DNA of 64,000 nt, from contig NC_043007.1 in NCBI RefSeq assembly GCF_006345805.1, positions 71,362,001 through 71,426,000 on the forward strand, read 5' to 3'. Made by a program: the position numbers and the translations under genes. The DNA comes from Octopus sinensis (taxonomy: Eukaryota). The notes beneath the pieces are model-generated. The model worked only from the letters and a program-made list of their open reading frames with translations, did no database searches and had not been told where the DNA came from. Shown piece by piece: positions 1-11,206 of this stretch (positions are counted from its first letter, which is position 1; every line of letters starts with the position of its first letter).

Positions 1-485
1 TTACTTATCATAAAACACATATTCTCTTAATAATATCTAAATCATTGTTATAATTGTACAGACAGAGACAATTGGTGAAAAAGATTGCTATGCGATTATG
101 AAGTCACTAGTTCAATCACACTATTGGGTATATCATCTTTTAGCATGATTTTGAGTGGTTGTAAGTCTTGTGAGTGAATTGAATAACTGAGATTGAAGAA
201 ACTAAATAGAAACTTATTAGTTTGATTCTGGTTAAAATTCAAAGAGCCAGCCTTGTTACATTAATTCTGCCCGAGGATTGCACTGTGAGTATATATGTTT
301 GTGGAATATGCCGCCACCTCCATGCTATTGGAATGCATTGATAGCTCTGTTGATCAAACATTTGGAATACTCATCGCTGAAACCAACAGAAGATCCAAAA
401 GCTATAGTTTTTAACTTGGAACATGTAAATATATCACAAGTCTACCGCACAATAAACAAAACAATGTATATTTCCCCATAATATT

Positions 486-650
486 GCACCCACTACACTC
501 TTGGAGTGGTTGGCGTTAGGAAGGGCATCCAGCTGTAGAAACTCTGCCGGATCAGATTGGAGTCCGGTGCAGCCATCTGGTTTGTCAGACCTCAGTCAAA
601 TCATCCAACCCATGCTAGAATAGAAAGTGGACGTTTAAACGATGATGATG
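486..650 (+). mobile_element. RTE-tailed SINE/LINE 3' fragment
   Basis: ttggcgttaggaagggcatccagctgtagaaac...ggacgtttaaacgatgatgatg with a (GAT)n tail. The same family occurs at 986, 14460, 27040 and 61231. Confidence 0.8.
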
Positions 651-776
651 GTAAACATATATGTATTGTTCTTATTGTTGTTTGCTGGACATGCTATTAT
701 GGCAGTGAGAGCGAAGGGAGAAGCTATGTACTTCAGGGAAGAGAATCACATTTTTTTTCTAACTTCTGAGTTCTTT

Positions 777-1452
777 AACTTGTCTCAGTCATTAGACTGT
801 GACCATGCTGGGGTAACACCTTGAAGAATTTTTAGTCAAACAAATCAACGCCAGTAGTTACATTTTGTTAAGTCTGGACTTATTCTATCAGTCTCTTTTG
901 CTAAATTGCTAAGTTACAGAGACATAAACACACCAACGCTGGTTGTCAAGTGGTATTGGGGTACAAACACAGACAGAAAAACAGACATCATCATCATTGT
1001 TTAACGTCTGCTTTCCATGCTAGCATGTGTTGGACGATTTGCAGAGTTTCTACAGCTGGATCCCCTTCCTAATGCCAACCACTCCAAGAGTGTATGGGTG
1101 CTTTTACATGCCACTGGCATGAGGACCAGTCAGGCAGTTCTGGTGATGGCCATGCTCAAATGGTGTTTTTTATGTCACCTGCACAGAAGCCAGTCCAGTG
1201 GCACTTGGCAACAACCTCGTTCAAATGTTGTTTTACACATGCCAGTAAGGCAACGCTGGTTATGGTCACACTCAAATAGTGCTTTTTATGTGCCACAGGC
1301 ACAACATATATATATGACAGTCTTCTTTCAGTTTCTGTCTACCAAATCCACTCATAAAGCTTTGGCCGGTTCAAGTTGCTATGCTATAGGACTAAACTCA
1401 GAACCATCTGGTTGGGAAACAAGCTTTTTACCACACAGCCATACGTGTGCCT
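777..1452 (-). mobile_element. tRNA-derived SINE (family A) interrupted by an RTE-tailed SINE at 986-1300
   Basis: Both halves align with the intact copies at 2835-3230 and 15867-16270. The nested insert begins catcatcatcattgtttaacgtc. Confidence 0.8.
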
Positions 1453-1586
1453 TGTTGGAAAGTTTTTTTTTTCTCTCCCAGTGAAAGGAAAGGAATGAGA
1501 AGAGCATCCATGTTTTATCACAAGTCTCTATTATTACCAGAATATCCATGTATGGTCTCATTTCAGCTTCACCTGCACAGATTAAT

Positions 1587-1771
1587 TTAGTATGCAGACT
1601 ATTCTGCCAAATGTAATCATTATTTATTCACATTGTTTCGAATTAATCTTGCATTATCTTGTAGCTTTGAGATTTTGATGATATAACTGTTTATTTTTAA
1701 AATGACATTGTAGGGTAGGTGTGAGAAGCAGAATATTTTAACCAGATATGGCCAGTTTAAATGCTAAAGAG
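1587..1771. mobile_element. TTAA-flanked piggyBac-type MITE
   Basis: Ends ...ggccagtttaaatgctaaagag-TTAA. Homologous to 9343-9524. Confidence 0.65.
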
Positions 1772-2699
1772 TTAAAAGTTTTTGCTTTTTTTCTTACATC
1801 TTTAAGCTAGTCCATCTAAAGTCATTTAAGAGTTGAAATTAATCAGTATTTTGGGGTTTCTTTTTCATACAAAGGAATGGTTGAGAGAAACTGAAAGAGA
1901 AAATTTGTTTTTCGTACTTAGTTCTTAATGTTGTTTCTCTCTATAATTCTTGTCTAGTGTATTCACCTTGTGATACAACCTTGCATACAGCTACCTGTTT
2001 GTGTTTGTACTGTGGGCTAATATAGCCTCTGTCATTGTCTTTATCAGGTGCAGGTTTGTAAATTATTTGTATTGGTTTTAATTTTAATCTTTCTTCATAA
2101 ATATTTCAAGACTGGAATCTTCAGAATTCTTTATTTACAGAGAATTATCTTTAAAATAATTGCAGCGTGGAAGGTGTTTGTAAGCCATTTAATAAATACA
2201 CAAAAGCCGTTCGATTCACTTCAACATTTAAGTTTAATTTGTCAAAATATTTTCATCGCTTTAAGACCGCAACCTGTTCATTGACAAAAATCCCACGGAT
2301 TTTTGTCAGTGAACAGGTCGTGGTCTTAAAGTACATCTCCGTAATATCTTTAAAATTTTAAACATCAATTATTAGGCGTAATTCTGCTTCTCCCCATAAA
2401 CGCATTCTACATTTAATAGTCTATTGTTAGAATTGAAGCAAAAAATTTGGACTGTACAATTTTTATGCTGTGATTTTAAAAAAGAAAATTCAAAATTTAA
2501 AAACAAAGTTTTAAAAAATTTTTCTAAATTTAAAAAGAAATTTTTTTTGTAGCTATATGAAGAAGACAAATTTACTAAAATTTTCTGAAAATTCCTCAAA
2601 ATAAAAGAAGATATGGCATGCTTAAAGCAGAATTTTGTTAATTATTATTATTTATGATTATTTACAGATAATTATATTATCATTTATATTTATTTACAG

Positions 2700-2781
2700 A
2701 TAATTAAAACAGTTAAAGCTAAGATTGGTATGCGGTCTGATGCTGAATGTTTTGCTCTTTATGAATATATTGGCACAACAG
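2700..2781 (+). CDS. FERM-domain protein (MyTH4-FERM unconventional myosin tail-like), first clearly visible exon; the gene continues upstream
   Basis: tttacag acceptor and gtaagc donor. Encodes IIKTVKAKIGMRSDAECFALYEYIGTT+G (FERM F1 lobe). Splices in frame through 8 exons to a stop at 18388. The family assignment is from motif recall. Confidence 0.9.
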
Positions 2782-2834
2782 GTAAGCAGTCTTGTGTGTC
2801 TCTCTACACTAATAGATTTTTATCTTTTATATAT

Positions 2835-3230
2835 TACTTGTTTCAGTTGTGAGACTGCGGCCATGCTGGGGCACTACCTTGAAGAATTTTTAGTTGAATG
2901 AATCGACCTCAGTACTTTTTCTTTTTCTTAAGCCTGACACTTATTCTGTCTGTCTCTTTTGCCAAACTGCTAAGTTACAGGAATGCAAACACACCAACAC
3001 CGGTTATCAAGTGGTGGTGGGGGACAAACACAGGCACAAAGTCACACACACACACACACACACATGATGGGCTTCTTTCAGTTACTGTCTATGAAATGCA
3101 CCCACAAGGCTTTGGTGGGCTCAAGGATATAGTAGAAGACACTTGCCTAAGGTGCCATGCAGTGGGACTGAACCCGGAACCATGCGGTTGAGAAGCAACC
3201 TTCTTACCACACAGCCATGCCTGCACCTAT
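2835..3230 (-). mobile_element. Full-length tRNA-derived SINE (family A; octopus OR/OK-like)
   Basis: The reverse complement starts ataggtgcaggcatggctgtgtggtaag...ccgggttcagtcccac (A/B-box-like) and has an internal (CA)n tract. Confidence 0.85.
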
Positions 3231-3489
3231 TCATTGATAATTTGTATACTCTTTAGAGTAAATTTCTTACAATCATCATCACCATCATCATCATCATCAT
3301 CAATAACAGCAGCAGTATCATCTTATCTCTTTTTATATTAGCTTCTTTTAGATTACTATTTTGTTTTATTTCTAGTCTCATGAAATGTTGAAGAAATATT
3401 TCATAAACATCCCCAGACTTTTTGTTTTTGGATTCTTGTAGGAAAAATTGAGCTAACTGGTTCTTATAGCCTTTTTCACTTTATATAGA

Positions 3490-4075
3490 TCATGTGACAT
3501 GGAAGCTGTGTGACAGGGAATCTTTGTGACAGACCCTGTGACATGAACACTGTATGATAGGCCATGTGACAGGGAAGCTTTCTGACAGACCCGGTGACAA
3601 CAAAGTTGCAATAGATCGTGTTACAAGGAAGTTGTGTGATAGATCTTGTGACAGGGAAGCTTTGTGGAGGACTGTGTTACATGGAAGATTTGTGACACCA
3701 AGTGACAGACCGTGTGACATGAAAACTTTGTGACACTATGTCATAGGGAAGATGTGTGACAGATCCTTTGACATGGAATCTTTGTAACAGACAGTAACTT
3801 GGAAGCTGTGTGGTAGATCCTGTGACAGGAAAGCTGTTTGACAGACCATGTAACAGGGAAGCTGTGTGACAGTCCATGTGACACAGAAACTTTGTGACAG
3901 TTCATGTGAAATGGGAGCTCTGTGGCACCATGTGACTTGGAAGATGTGTGACAGACCATATGATATGGAAGCTTTGTGACAGACCTTGTAAGAGAGTAGC
4001 TTTGTGACAGACCCTGTGACATGGAAACTTTGTGACAGTTCATGTGACAGGAAGGCTTTGTGATAGACCTTATTA
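3490..4075. repeat. Degenerate minisatellite (~30 bp unit built on TGTGACA)
   Basis: Repeated gaccctgtgacatggaaactttgtgaca-like units. Confidence 0.85.
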
Positions 4076-4114
4076 ACGCATGGAAGTATTCAAACAAAAG
4101 ATGATAAACATTGG

Positions 4115-4654
4115 CCTTTTCAAGCCTAGCCAGTCTCATGGGCCCGGTTTTTGTGGCGTATGTGTTCTCCCCAGCTGGACGGGACACCAGTCCATTGTAG
4201 TGTTACTCAAGAAACAGGAAGAGAGAGTGAGAGAAAGTTGTGGCAAAAGAGTACAACGGGTCGTCACCACCCCCTGCCAGAGCCTCATGGAGCTTTTAGG
4301 TGTTTTCGCTCAATAAACATACACAACGCCCGGTCTAGGAATCAAAACTGCAATCCTCTGACTGCGAGTCCACTGCCCTATCCACTGGGCCATTGCACCT
4401 CCTATAAATGTGCCCTTTTAAAGCCTAGCCAGGCTCATGGACCTGGTTTCCCAGTTTCAATGTCATGTTTTCCCCAGCTGGACGGAACACCAGTCCATCA
4501 CAGCATTACTCATTTTTGTCAGCTGAGTGGACTGGAGCAACGTGAAATGAAGTGTTTTGCTCAAGAACACAATGCGTCACCTGGTCCAGGAATCGAAACC
4601 ACAATCTTATGATCATGATGCTGACACCCTAACCACTAAGCCATGTGCCTCCAC
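4115..4654 (-). mobile_element. Two adjacent tRNA-derived SINEs (4115-4402 and 4412-4654) with shared tails
   Basis: Reverse-complement heads ggaggtgcaatggcccagtggatagg and gtggaggcacatggcttagtggttagg, each with a GTTTCGATTCC-type B-box. The tail caagcctagccaggctcatggg is shared with 7962-8271. Confidence 0.8.
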
Positions 4655-5052
4655 ATTCAATCAAAATAGTATAACAAAATACATAAAACAAGACCAGTAT
4701 TGATATTTTAGAATGTTAAATTTAATAAAACTACGGCCACAACTGGCTGAGTGCTTGCTTGTTAACTATTCTACTTGCCAAATAATTAATATAGTGTAAA
4801 GTAGAATCAAATAAAATTAAACTATAATAGTTTATATCCTGTTACCATTTCTACTGTGACATCGTCTGAGACACTTTATCTCATCAATCCTATCCACTTA
4901 CCTATAAATATATATCCACAGATTTAAACAGCCAATAGAGTGTATAATTAATAAGTATTCTGTTATATCATGGTGTTGAATTTAAATAATTTCATGGGCA
5001 AAACCTAATGAGATGTCTATTAACTGTTATGTAACATTTGTTATCTTTCCAG

Positions 5053-5153
5053 AACGAAATATGTCTTCAGAGGAGCGACTTTCAGACACTGTCAGTAAAT
5101 GGGAACGACTTATCAAAACTAGTGCTAGCAGAGATCCCAAATTAGTGTTCAAG
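5053..5153 (+). CDS. FERM-domain protein exon
   Basis: ttccag/gttggt boundaries, phase 1 to 0. Encodes ERNMSSEERLSDTVSKWERLIKTSASRDPKLVFK. Confidence 0.92.
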
Positions 5154-5800
5154 GTTGGTAATTTTTGAAAAGCATTTTCTTAACGCATTATCTTAAATGC
5201 AAGTAAATCTCTATTTTGCTTGCAGTTGTAGCAATAAAGTGTGTGTAGTGTTATGTGTGTATTCAGAAATATCTTAAGATATTCAGATTCATATCACTTA
5301 AAGGTCATATCATAGAAGTTATTTGTCTATTTTTAATTCATCCTTGACCTACATTTACCACAACTGTTTTGCTTTAGAATACATTGAAATTTTAGATGAG
5401 TATTGTTAAAAATTCTTTAAAAAAATTATATATGTGCTAGCACATTGCTCACTGTTTTATGAATGGCATAAAAAATATTGTTTCATGAAAATAAGGATTT
5501 ATATCCAGAAAAAGAAAGAAAAGAAAAAATTCACATATTGTAAAACAACATTTTTATTATTTGTATACAACTATATAATGTTATTGTTTAGGGCCCAGAT
5601 GCTGTTCTGAAAATGTTCCCTATCCTTCTTCTCACCAACATATAACTAATTTATTTTAATTCTGGGCTTCCTAGTTCTAAGTGCAGCACCCCTGGTACCT
5701 ACCTTAAGACAACTATGGTTATGACACACCACATGTTTCAGACATCTGAATTTAGTGAAGGCCATTTCTCACCAGATCTAACTACAGCAATTTCTTCCAC

Positions 5801-5849
<49 letters not shown>

Positions 5850-6087
5850 TAGATAGATAGATAAAGAGAGAGAGAGACAGACAGACATATATGTATTGAT
5901 TTGTACTTTATTGAACCTGAAGAAATAAAAGACAAATTGCACTTAGCTTGATTTGAACTCAGAGTGCAGAGGGCTAGAGTGAATACCATAAGGTATTGTA
6001 TCCAATGCACTAATGATGTAATATATATATATAATTTCAAAATAACGTGATTAAAATCAAAATAAGCAACAAGGATATCCAGAGGTA

Positions 6088-6181
6088 ATGCAGTACAATC
6101 GTTTCATGCAGCTCCATTTAATTGAACAATGCAATCATTTCATTACATCAATTTAAAATGTAGAGCAATCTTCAGCTGCAC
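6088..6181 (-). ncRNA. Type I hammerhead ribozyme motif in a Penelope pLTR
   Basis: GUGCAG-CUGAAGA-long stem II-GAAA-C(GAUU)GUA/CUGCAU. Stem I pairs fully (one G-U pair). Confidence 0.7.
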
Positions 6182-6900
6182 AAAGACATAGAATTTAATT
6201 AGATTAGAACAAAAGGACACATTAGTATAATTTTACCTAAAATCTCCAAGAAGTTAAGGAGATAGACAAAGAACATGTTATACCAACAACATCATAGCAA
6301 AAAATATATATAAAAAAATAGATAAAAAATATATAGAAATAAAATGCTTGTACGTGAACACAATATAAAAAGCAGGTTCTATCTGTGATCTTGTGGGGAC
6401 CAGCAACATAACAAATATTTAGCCATATATGGACATGATCTAAAAAGTTCAGTTCTTGAATTTAGACATATAGCAGGATCTAAGCTGCTTCTCCAGATGA
6501 GCCATCTTTCCATATTGCAAAGACCACACTTTCCACTGCCTTTGGTGTAAGACTTACACTTGGCTAGGATCTTCCAATGGATGTTGTAATTGACATCTTT
6601 TTCTTTTAAGGACCATATATAACTGGATAATTTGGTTGTTTTTCTTTTATCCCAGTGTCTGAAGCTCAAAGTGTGATTGTTGAACCTGGCTTTAAAATTC
6701 CCCTCTATGACACCCACATATTTCTTTGATGAAACTATGTCCTTAGTGCTTCTAGAATGTATGATGGCTTCATAAATGATGGTCTCGGACATGCAAGCTC
6801 CATTTAGAGGGCACAAATTTTTATTCGTGCATGAACAGCTGGTTTCATTTTGTTGTTTTTGTGTGTTGTGTGTGATTATATTTTAAAAATATTTAGCGGT
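6088..6900 (-). mobile_element. Penelope-like retroelement 3' fragment: GIY-YIG endonuclease plus pLTR
   Basis: Frame CSCTNKNLCPLNGAC...KKYVGVIEGNFKARFNNH...LSSYIWSLK...CGLC..E...LNSRTELFRSC ending at 6379, with a hammerhead motif downstream. Confidence 0.88.
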
Positions 6901-7085
6901 CATTCTAATAGCTCTTTTGCTTGTCTTAATAACGGTCATTTACATAGTAATTTCCCTTTGTTAAACAATCATTTTCATAGCATTTTTGTTTGTCTTAATA
7001 ACTGCTGAGATGCCAGAGCAGATTTCTGTCCTGACATCTGAAACTCGGAGTTTTATTATAGCAACCGAATAATTGTCACATATCA

Positions 7086-7125
<40 letters not shown>

Positions 7126-7366
7126 TACATGCACACTTAAAAGTGGAGGAAGAGTAAACAAGTTGCCAGACAGATGACAAAGAGTGATAACTATATTGAC
7201 TGATAAAATGCAATGAAAGCAGACAGAACACTGAGGTTTATATAGTGTGTGCATGCACATATGTATATGTGTATGTATGTGTGAGATATACTAACTGATT
7301 CAGTTATTATCATCATTATTATTATTATAGATTTCTGCTGATGAATTTTGTTGTTCTTTCTTTCAG

Positions 7367-7486
7367 AAAAGATTGTTTATTGATCCCTATACAAATATCA
7401 ATGATGCTGTGGAATGTGATCTAGTTTTCCACCAACTTGTAGAAGATGTATTTGAACAAAGAATTCCTATTTCTTCACAAGATGCA
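7367..7486 (+). CDS. FERM-domain protein exon
   Basis: tttcag/gtaagt boundaries, 120 nt. Encodes KRLFIDPYTNINDAVECDLVFHQLVEDVFEQRIPISSQDA (FERM F2 lobe). Confidence 0.93.
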
Positions 7487-7961
7487 GTAAGTACTGTCTT
7501 GTACTCAACACTATTTATGGATCTTTCTTTTTTAATACCATTTTCGAAATATCCCTGCATTATGCATAAAGAAAGTTAACTACTTGCATTTTAGAAATAT
7601 TAAAGAATACCAGTACTTGGCAAATTCGTAATTCTGGTTGAGACGAGGCACAAGTGATCCCAACAGAATTTGAATTCAAAGCATAAAAGACGCAAACCAA
7701 ATACCTCAGGGTTTTGTTGAAGACTCTTGCAAATCTTCCTATTGACTTCCTGCTGCCAGTCTACCTTTTATTGCCAACCCATCAAATGCCAAGAATGAAA
7801 CCAAGTTGTGTATCGGTAATGCTGTTTAGTCACAGTTATTACAGTTAAATAGATGGTACCGAGTTTGTAGATACAGTTGAACTGAACAGTCCCCAATTTC
7901 CACTGCACTTTGACTTGAATTTTCATCATTATGTAGCCCAATAAAAGAAGTCAATAAATGT

Positions 7962-8271
7962 AAACGTCACCCCTTTTCAAGCCTAGCCAGGCTCATGGGC
8001 CTGGTTTCCTGGTTTCTGTGGCATATGTGTTCCCCCCAGCTGGATGGGATGCCAGTCCATCGCAGCATTACCCAAGAAACAGGAAGAGAGAGTGAGAGAA
8101 AGTTGTGGCGAAAGAGTACAACAGGGGTTGCAACCACCCCCTGCCAGAGCCTTGTGGAGCTTTTAGGTGTTTTCTCTCAATAAACACACGCAATGCCCGG
8201 TCTGGGAATCGAAACCATGATCCTCCTAACGCAAGTCTGCTGCCCTAACCACTGGGCTATTGCGCCTCCAC
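7962..8271 (-). mobile_element. tRNA-derived SINE
   Basis: Reverse-complement head gtggaggcgcaatagcccagtggttagggcagcagac...gtttcgattcccagacc. Homologous to 4115-4402. Confidence 0.85.
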
Positions 8272-8426
8272 AATAAAAGAATATCAGTAACATACTGGAA
8301 AAAGCCTACTTTTGCGAAATTTAGCTTTGAACCTTTATTAAAGAAAAAAAACAAAAAAAAACTAGAATTTGCTTGACATGACTACTTTCAAAGATAATAC
8401 CTTCACCATTTCTTTTTACTCCATAG

Positions 8427-8494
8427 GTCCGACTTTGTGCTTTAAAACTGCAATCTGAGAATGAAGACATCAAGAGAGGGGAGACTGATTATAG
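8427..8494 (+). CDS. FERM-domain protein exon
   Basis: ccatag/gtaaat boundaries, 68 nt, phase 0 to 2. Encodes VRLCALKLQSENEDIKRGETDY. Confidence 0.9.
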
Positions 8495-9020
8495 GTAAAT
8501 ATTTTAGTTTTAGTGTTTTTATAAATTTAATACTTATCCTTTCTCTCATTTCCTAAAGTATTCATTCACATAACATTGTCGTTTAATCCCAATCAACTTA
8601 TCATCAAAAGAATTTGTATCATAACTGTCCTTTCTTTTATTCATTCATCATTTATCTTAAACTAAAATGGTAGATAAGACTTGGGATGATACACCTGCTA
8701 TTTCTTGAAAATCAAGCAGATGCACAGAGGTTGCCTCATTTACTCACAATGACTGTCTCATTGTTTAATATAGAGACTGTGACAATGCTTTGCATACAAG
8801 CCATCTATCTCATTGGCTCATATCTTTTTGGTTTATGCAGAAGCTATTTCATTGGTATATATAGAGACTGCCTTACTGCATATGCCATATTGTTTTGAAT
8901 TATTTTGGATATTGGTAGATGCCTGAGCATCATCACTGCAATTATTATTATCAACACACACACACACACACACACATTCACACACACAGTATACTGTTCT
9001 GTGAAGATAAGATCAACAAT

Positions 9021-9112
9021 GTGAGCACAGCCTGAAGATTGCATGAAGGCACCAGACATGTTATAAAATGTTGTCTGAGTAGTTTTCATTGCATGAAACT
9101 ACTAGTGGCTCA
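9021..9112 (+). ncRNA. Degenerate hammerhead motif (pLTR remnant)
   Basis: AGC-CUGAAGA-UUGCAUGAA...UUCAUUGCAU-GAAA-CUACUAGUG-GCU. The cleavage triplet is GUG, which is non-cleavable. Confidence 0.5.
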
Positions 9113-9342
9113 TAAAAGTATATACTGTGTTTTTTATTTTTTATGTTTTGCATTGATTTTATTGCTATGACTAACCACTTAACTGCCAAATAACAATGTT
9201 TCTTTTCAGACAGGCAACTGTGCTTCTTTAAGTAGCACCATACAATGGCTATAGTAGTCAGAACTTACAGCCATAAAGTCAGTTGTCCAGCACCAAAATG
9301 TCATAAACATTGTATTTATTACATACTTCTTACATTATTTAA

Positions 9343-9524
9343 ATTCTTTACTATTCAGATTATTCTGTCAAATGTAAACCATGTATTATCTCACATCTTC
9401 AAGATTTCAATGATGTGAATATTTATTTTGGGGATGACATTGTAGGGTAGGTGTGAGAGGCCAGTTTGAATATAAAACTGGTAGAATATTTGGGTTGTAT
9501 ATTGCCAGTTTAAATGCTAAAGGC
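9343..9524. mobile_element. TTAA-flanked piggyBac-type MITE
   Basis: TTAA at 9339-9342 and 9525-9528. Homologous to 1587-1771. Confidence 0.7.
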
Positions 9525-9678
9525 TTAACTAAGCTTAAATTGTGTTCATGTTTATCAGATCATTCAATCATAATTCTACTTAGTCTAAATGTCTTGTTAG
9601 TTGAGCAAAGAAAGTTTTCGGATTTTTACTACCAACTGTAGAACTAAATCAGTCAAAATATTCTCTTTTTTTCTCTAG

Positions 9679-9847
9679 TTCTGTAATGCGGATTCTACCT
9701 CGTGATATGCGGCCTCAGGTAAAAGTAGAAGAAATCCAAGCAGCTTATAAAATGCTAAATGATGTCTCACCTCAACAAGCTATCATGTCCTTTATACAAT
9801 TGTTGAAGGTTTGGCCCCTTTTTGGCTCAACTGTTTTTGAAGTGTCT
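9679..9847 (+). CDS. FERM-domain protein exon
   Basis: ctctag/gtaagt boundaries, 169 nt, phase 2 to 0. Encodes SSVMRILPRDMRP...FIQLLKVWPLFGSTVFEVS, which contains the WPLFGS-type motif at the FERM F2/F3 boundary. Confidence 0.93.
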
Positions 9848-10354
9848 GTAAGTATTTCTGATTGTTATAATGACATATCACACTGACATTTTGCTACAGA
9901 CATAACATCAATGATATTCCACTGATACCACTAACATAATACAAACATCAACACTATCACTGATATGATAGCATTGATGACATACTTATATTGCCTTATC
10001 ACTCCTGACACTCTTCATAACTAACCTGTTGTTTACCTTTTACTGCTATCTTTGTATTGCTAATATTCAATGTCAACACCACATATCAAACCTGCACAGG
10101 TTCTAAGAATAGAAAATAAGGAAACCGTTCTTTCATGTGGTTATACCACACATTTCTCCATCAACACCTCAAAGACAGTCACTGTAAATTTCAAGACAAT
10201 GGTATTGTACTCTTCCTCTAAATATCAATGGCATACAACTAAAATCCTTGAGGTCACTACAAACATAAGGCCTCACTATCATGAATGCACTCTCTTGGTC
10301 GGTACACATCCTTAATGCAACAAAGACATTAAGGTAGTGAACTAGCTGAATCAT

Positions 10355-10560
10355 TAGCATACCAGGCAAAATGCTTAGTGGCCTTTCATCTGTTTTAATG
10401 TTCTGAGTTCAAGTTCTTCTGAGGTTGACTTTACCTTACATCCTTTCAGGGTCGATGAAATAAATACCAGTTAAGTACTGGGGTCATTGTAATCGACTCC
10501 CCCCCCCCGCCTGAACTTACTGGCCTTGTGCCAAAACTTGAAACAAATATATCAAAGACT
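10355..10560 (+). mobile_element. SINE family B (Deu/Nin-like central domain)
   Basis: ctgagttcaagttcttctgaggttgactttaccttacatcctttcagggtcgatgaaataaataccag. Same family at 16833, 52060-52660 and 54271. Confidence 0.75.
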
Positions 10561-10749
10561 AACCTTCCTCTTCAGTACCAGAAGTTACTTCAGTTCTCAA
10601 TAATCACTAACACTGTACTAAATTCAAGTGAAACCTATAACAGAATTCTGCTGCTACAAACAAAAAGGGATCTCTCAATTAATTGGTATAATGTCACATA
10701 CCAGCACATTCCATATTCTGGCCCACAGATATACTGTTTCCTTTCCCTC

Positions 10750-10950
10750 TGTATCATTTCTACTTAGATATTCCTGACTCACTACTAGTTTTACTTTCTT
10801 GTCATCCATACTGTGCCCATCTCGTGCCTTACATTGTCAAGTCTTTCATCCCCAGACTGTTGATTCTCTGGAATATCTTCTCAGTTCATGATTTTCCTGT
10901 AACCAACAACTTAGAAGCAATCAACAGGAACATCAAACCACATGATCTCA
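10750..10950 (+). mobile_element. CR1/L2-type LINE 3' remnant
   Basis: Decayed frame HPYCAHLVPYIVKSFIPRLLILWN..FPVTNNL resembles the CR1/L2 C-terminus. Confidence 0.45.
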
Positions 10951-11164
10951 CCAGTCCTTGACCATGGCTGTACTCCCATCTTCCCGATCAAATCAATAGA
11001 TAAAATATCCTATATTAAACAAAATAATTTGCTAAGTATTGTACCTTACATAATATTACAATACAGTGGCATTACCTTCTTGTTGATATGTGGGTTTATT
11101 TCACTGGAATTCTTATATGTTTACAAGGCCTAGACAAGCATCTCCAACTAGCAGGCTATGCTAC

Positions 11165-11206
11165 TCCAGACTGATGACGAGCAAGACTCAGAAACTAGTC
11201 TCTGGG
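11165..11206 (+). ncRNA. Minimal type I hammerhead ribozyme
   Basis: UCCAGA-CUGAUGA-CGAG(CAAGA)CUCA-GAA-ACUAGU-C/UCUGGG: complete core, GUC cleavage triplet and palindromic stem III. Confidence 0.75.

Noticed and set aside
278-481. 67-aa ORF as an upstream exon of the FERM gene
   Set aside because: No convincing splice sites in a compatible phase and no MyTH4/FERM similarity recognised.
2835-3230. tRNA genes suggested by A/B-box-like sequences (also 4115-4654, 7962-8271, 52262)
   Set aside because: They are tRNA-derived SINE heads attached to SINE bodies and do not form complete cloverleafs.
3490-4075. Possible CRISPR array or repeat-protein ORFs (3490-3720, 3677-3877, 3741-4187)
   Set aside because: The units are degenerate and contiguous with no unique spacers, there are no cas genes, and the context is eukaryotic. 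It is a minisatellite.
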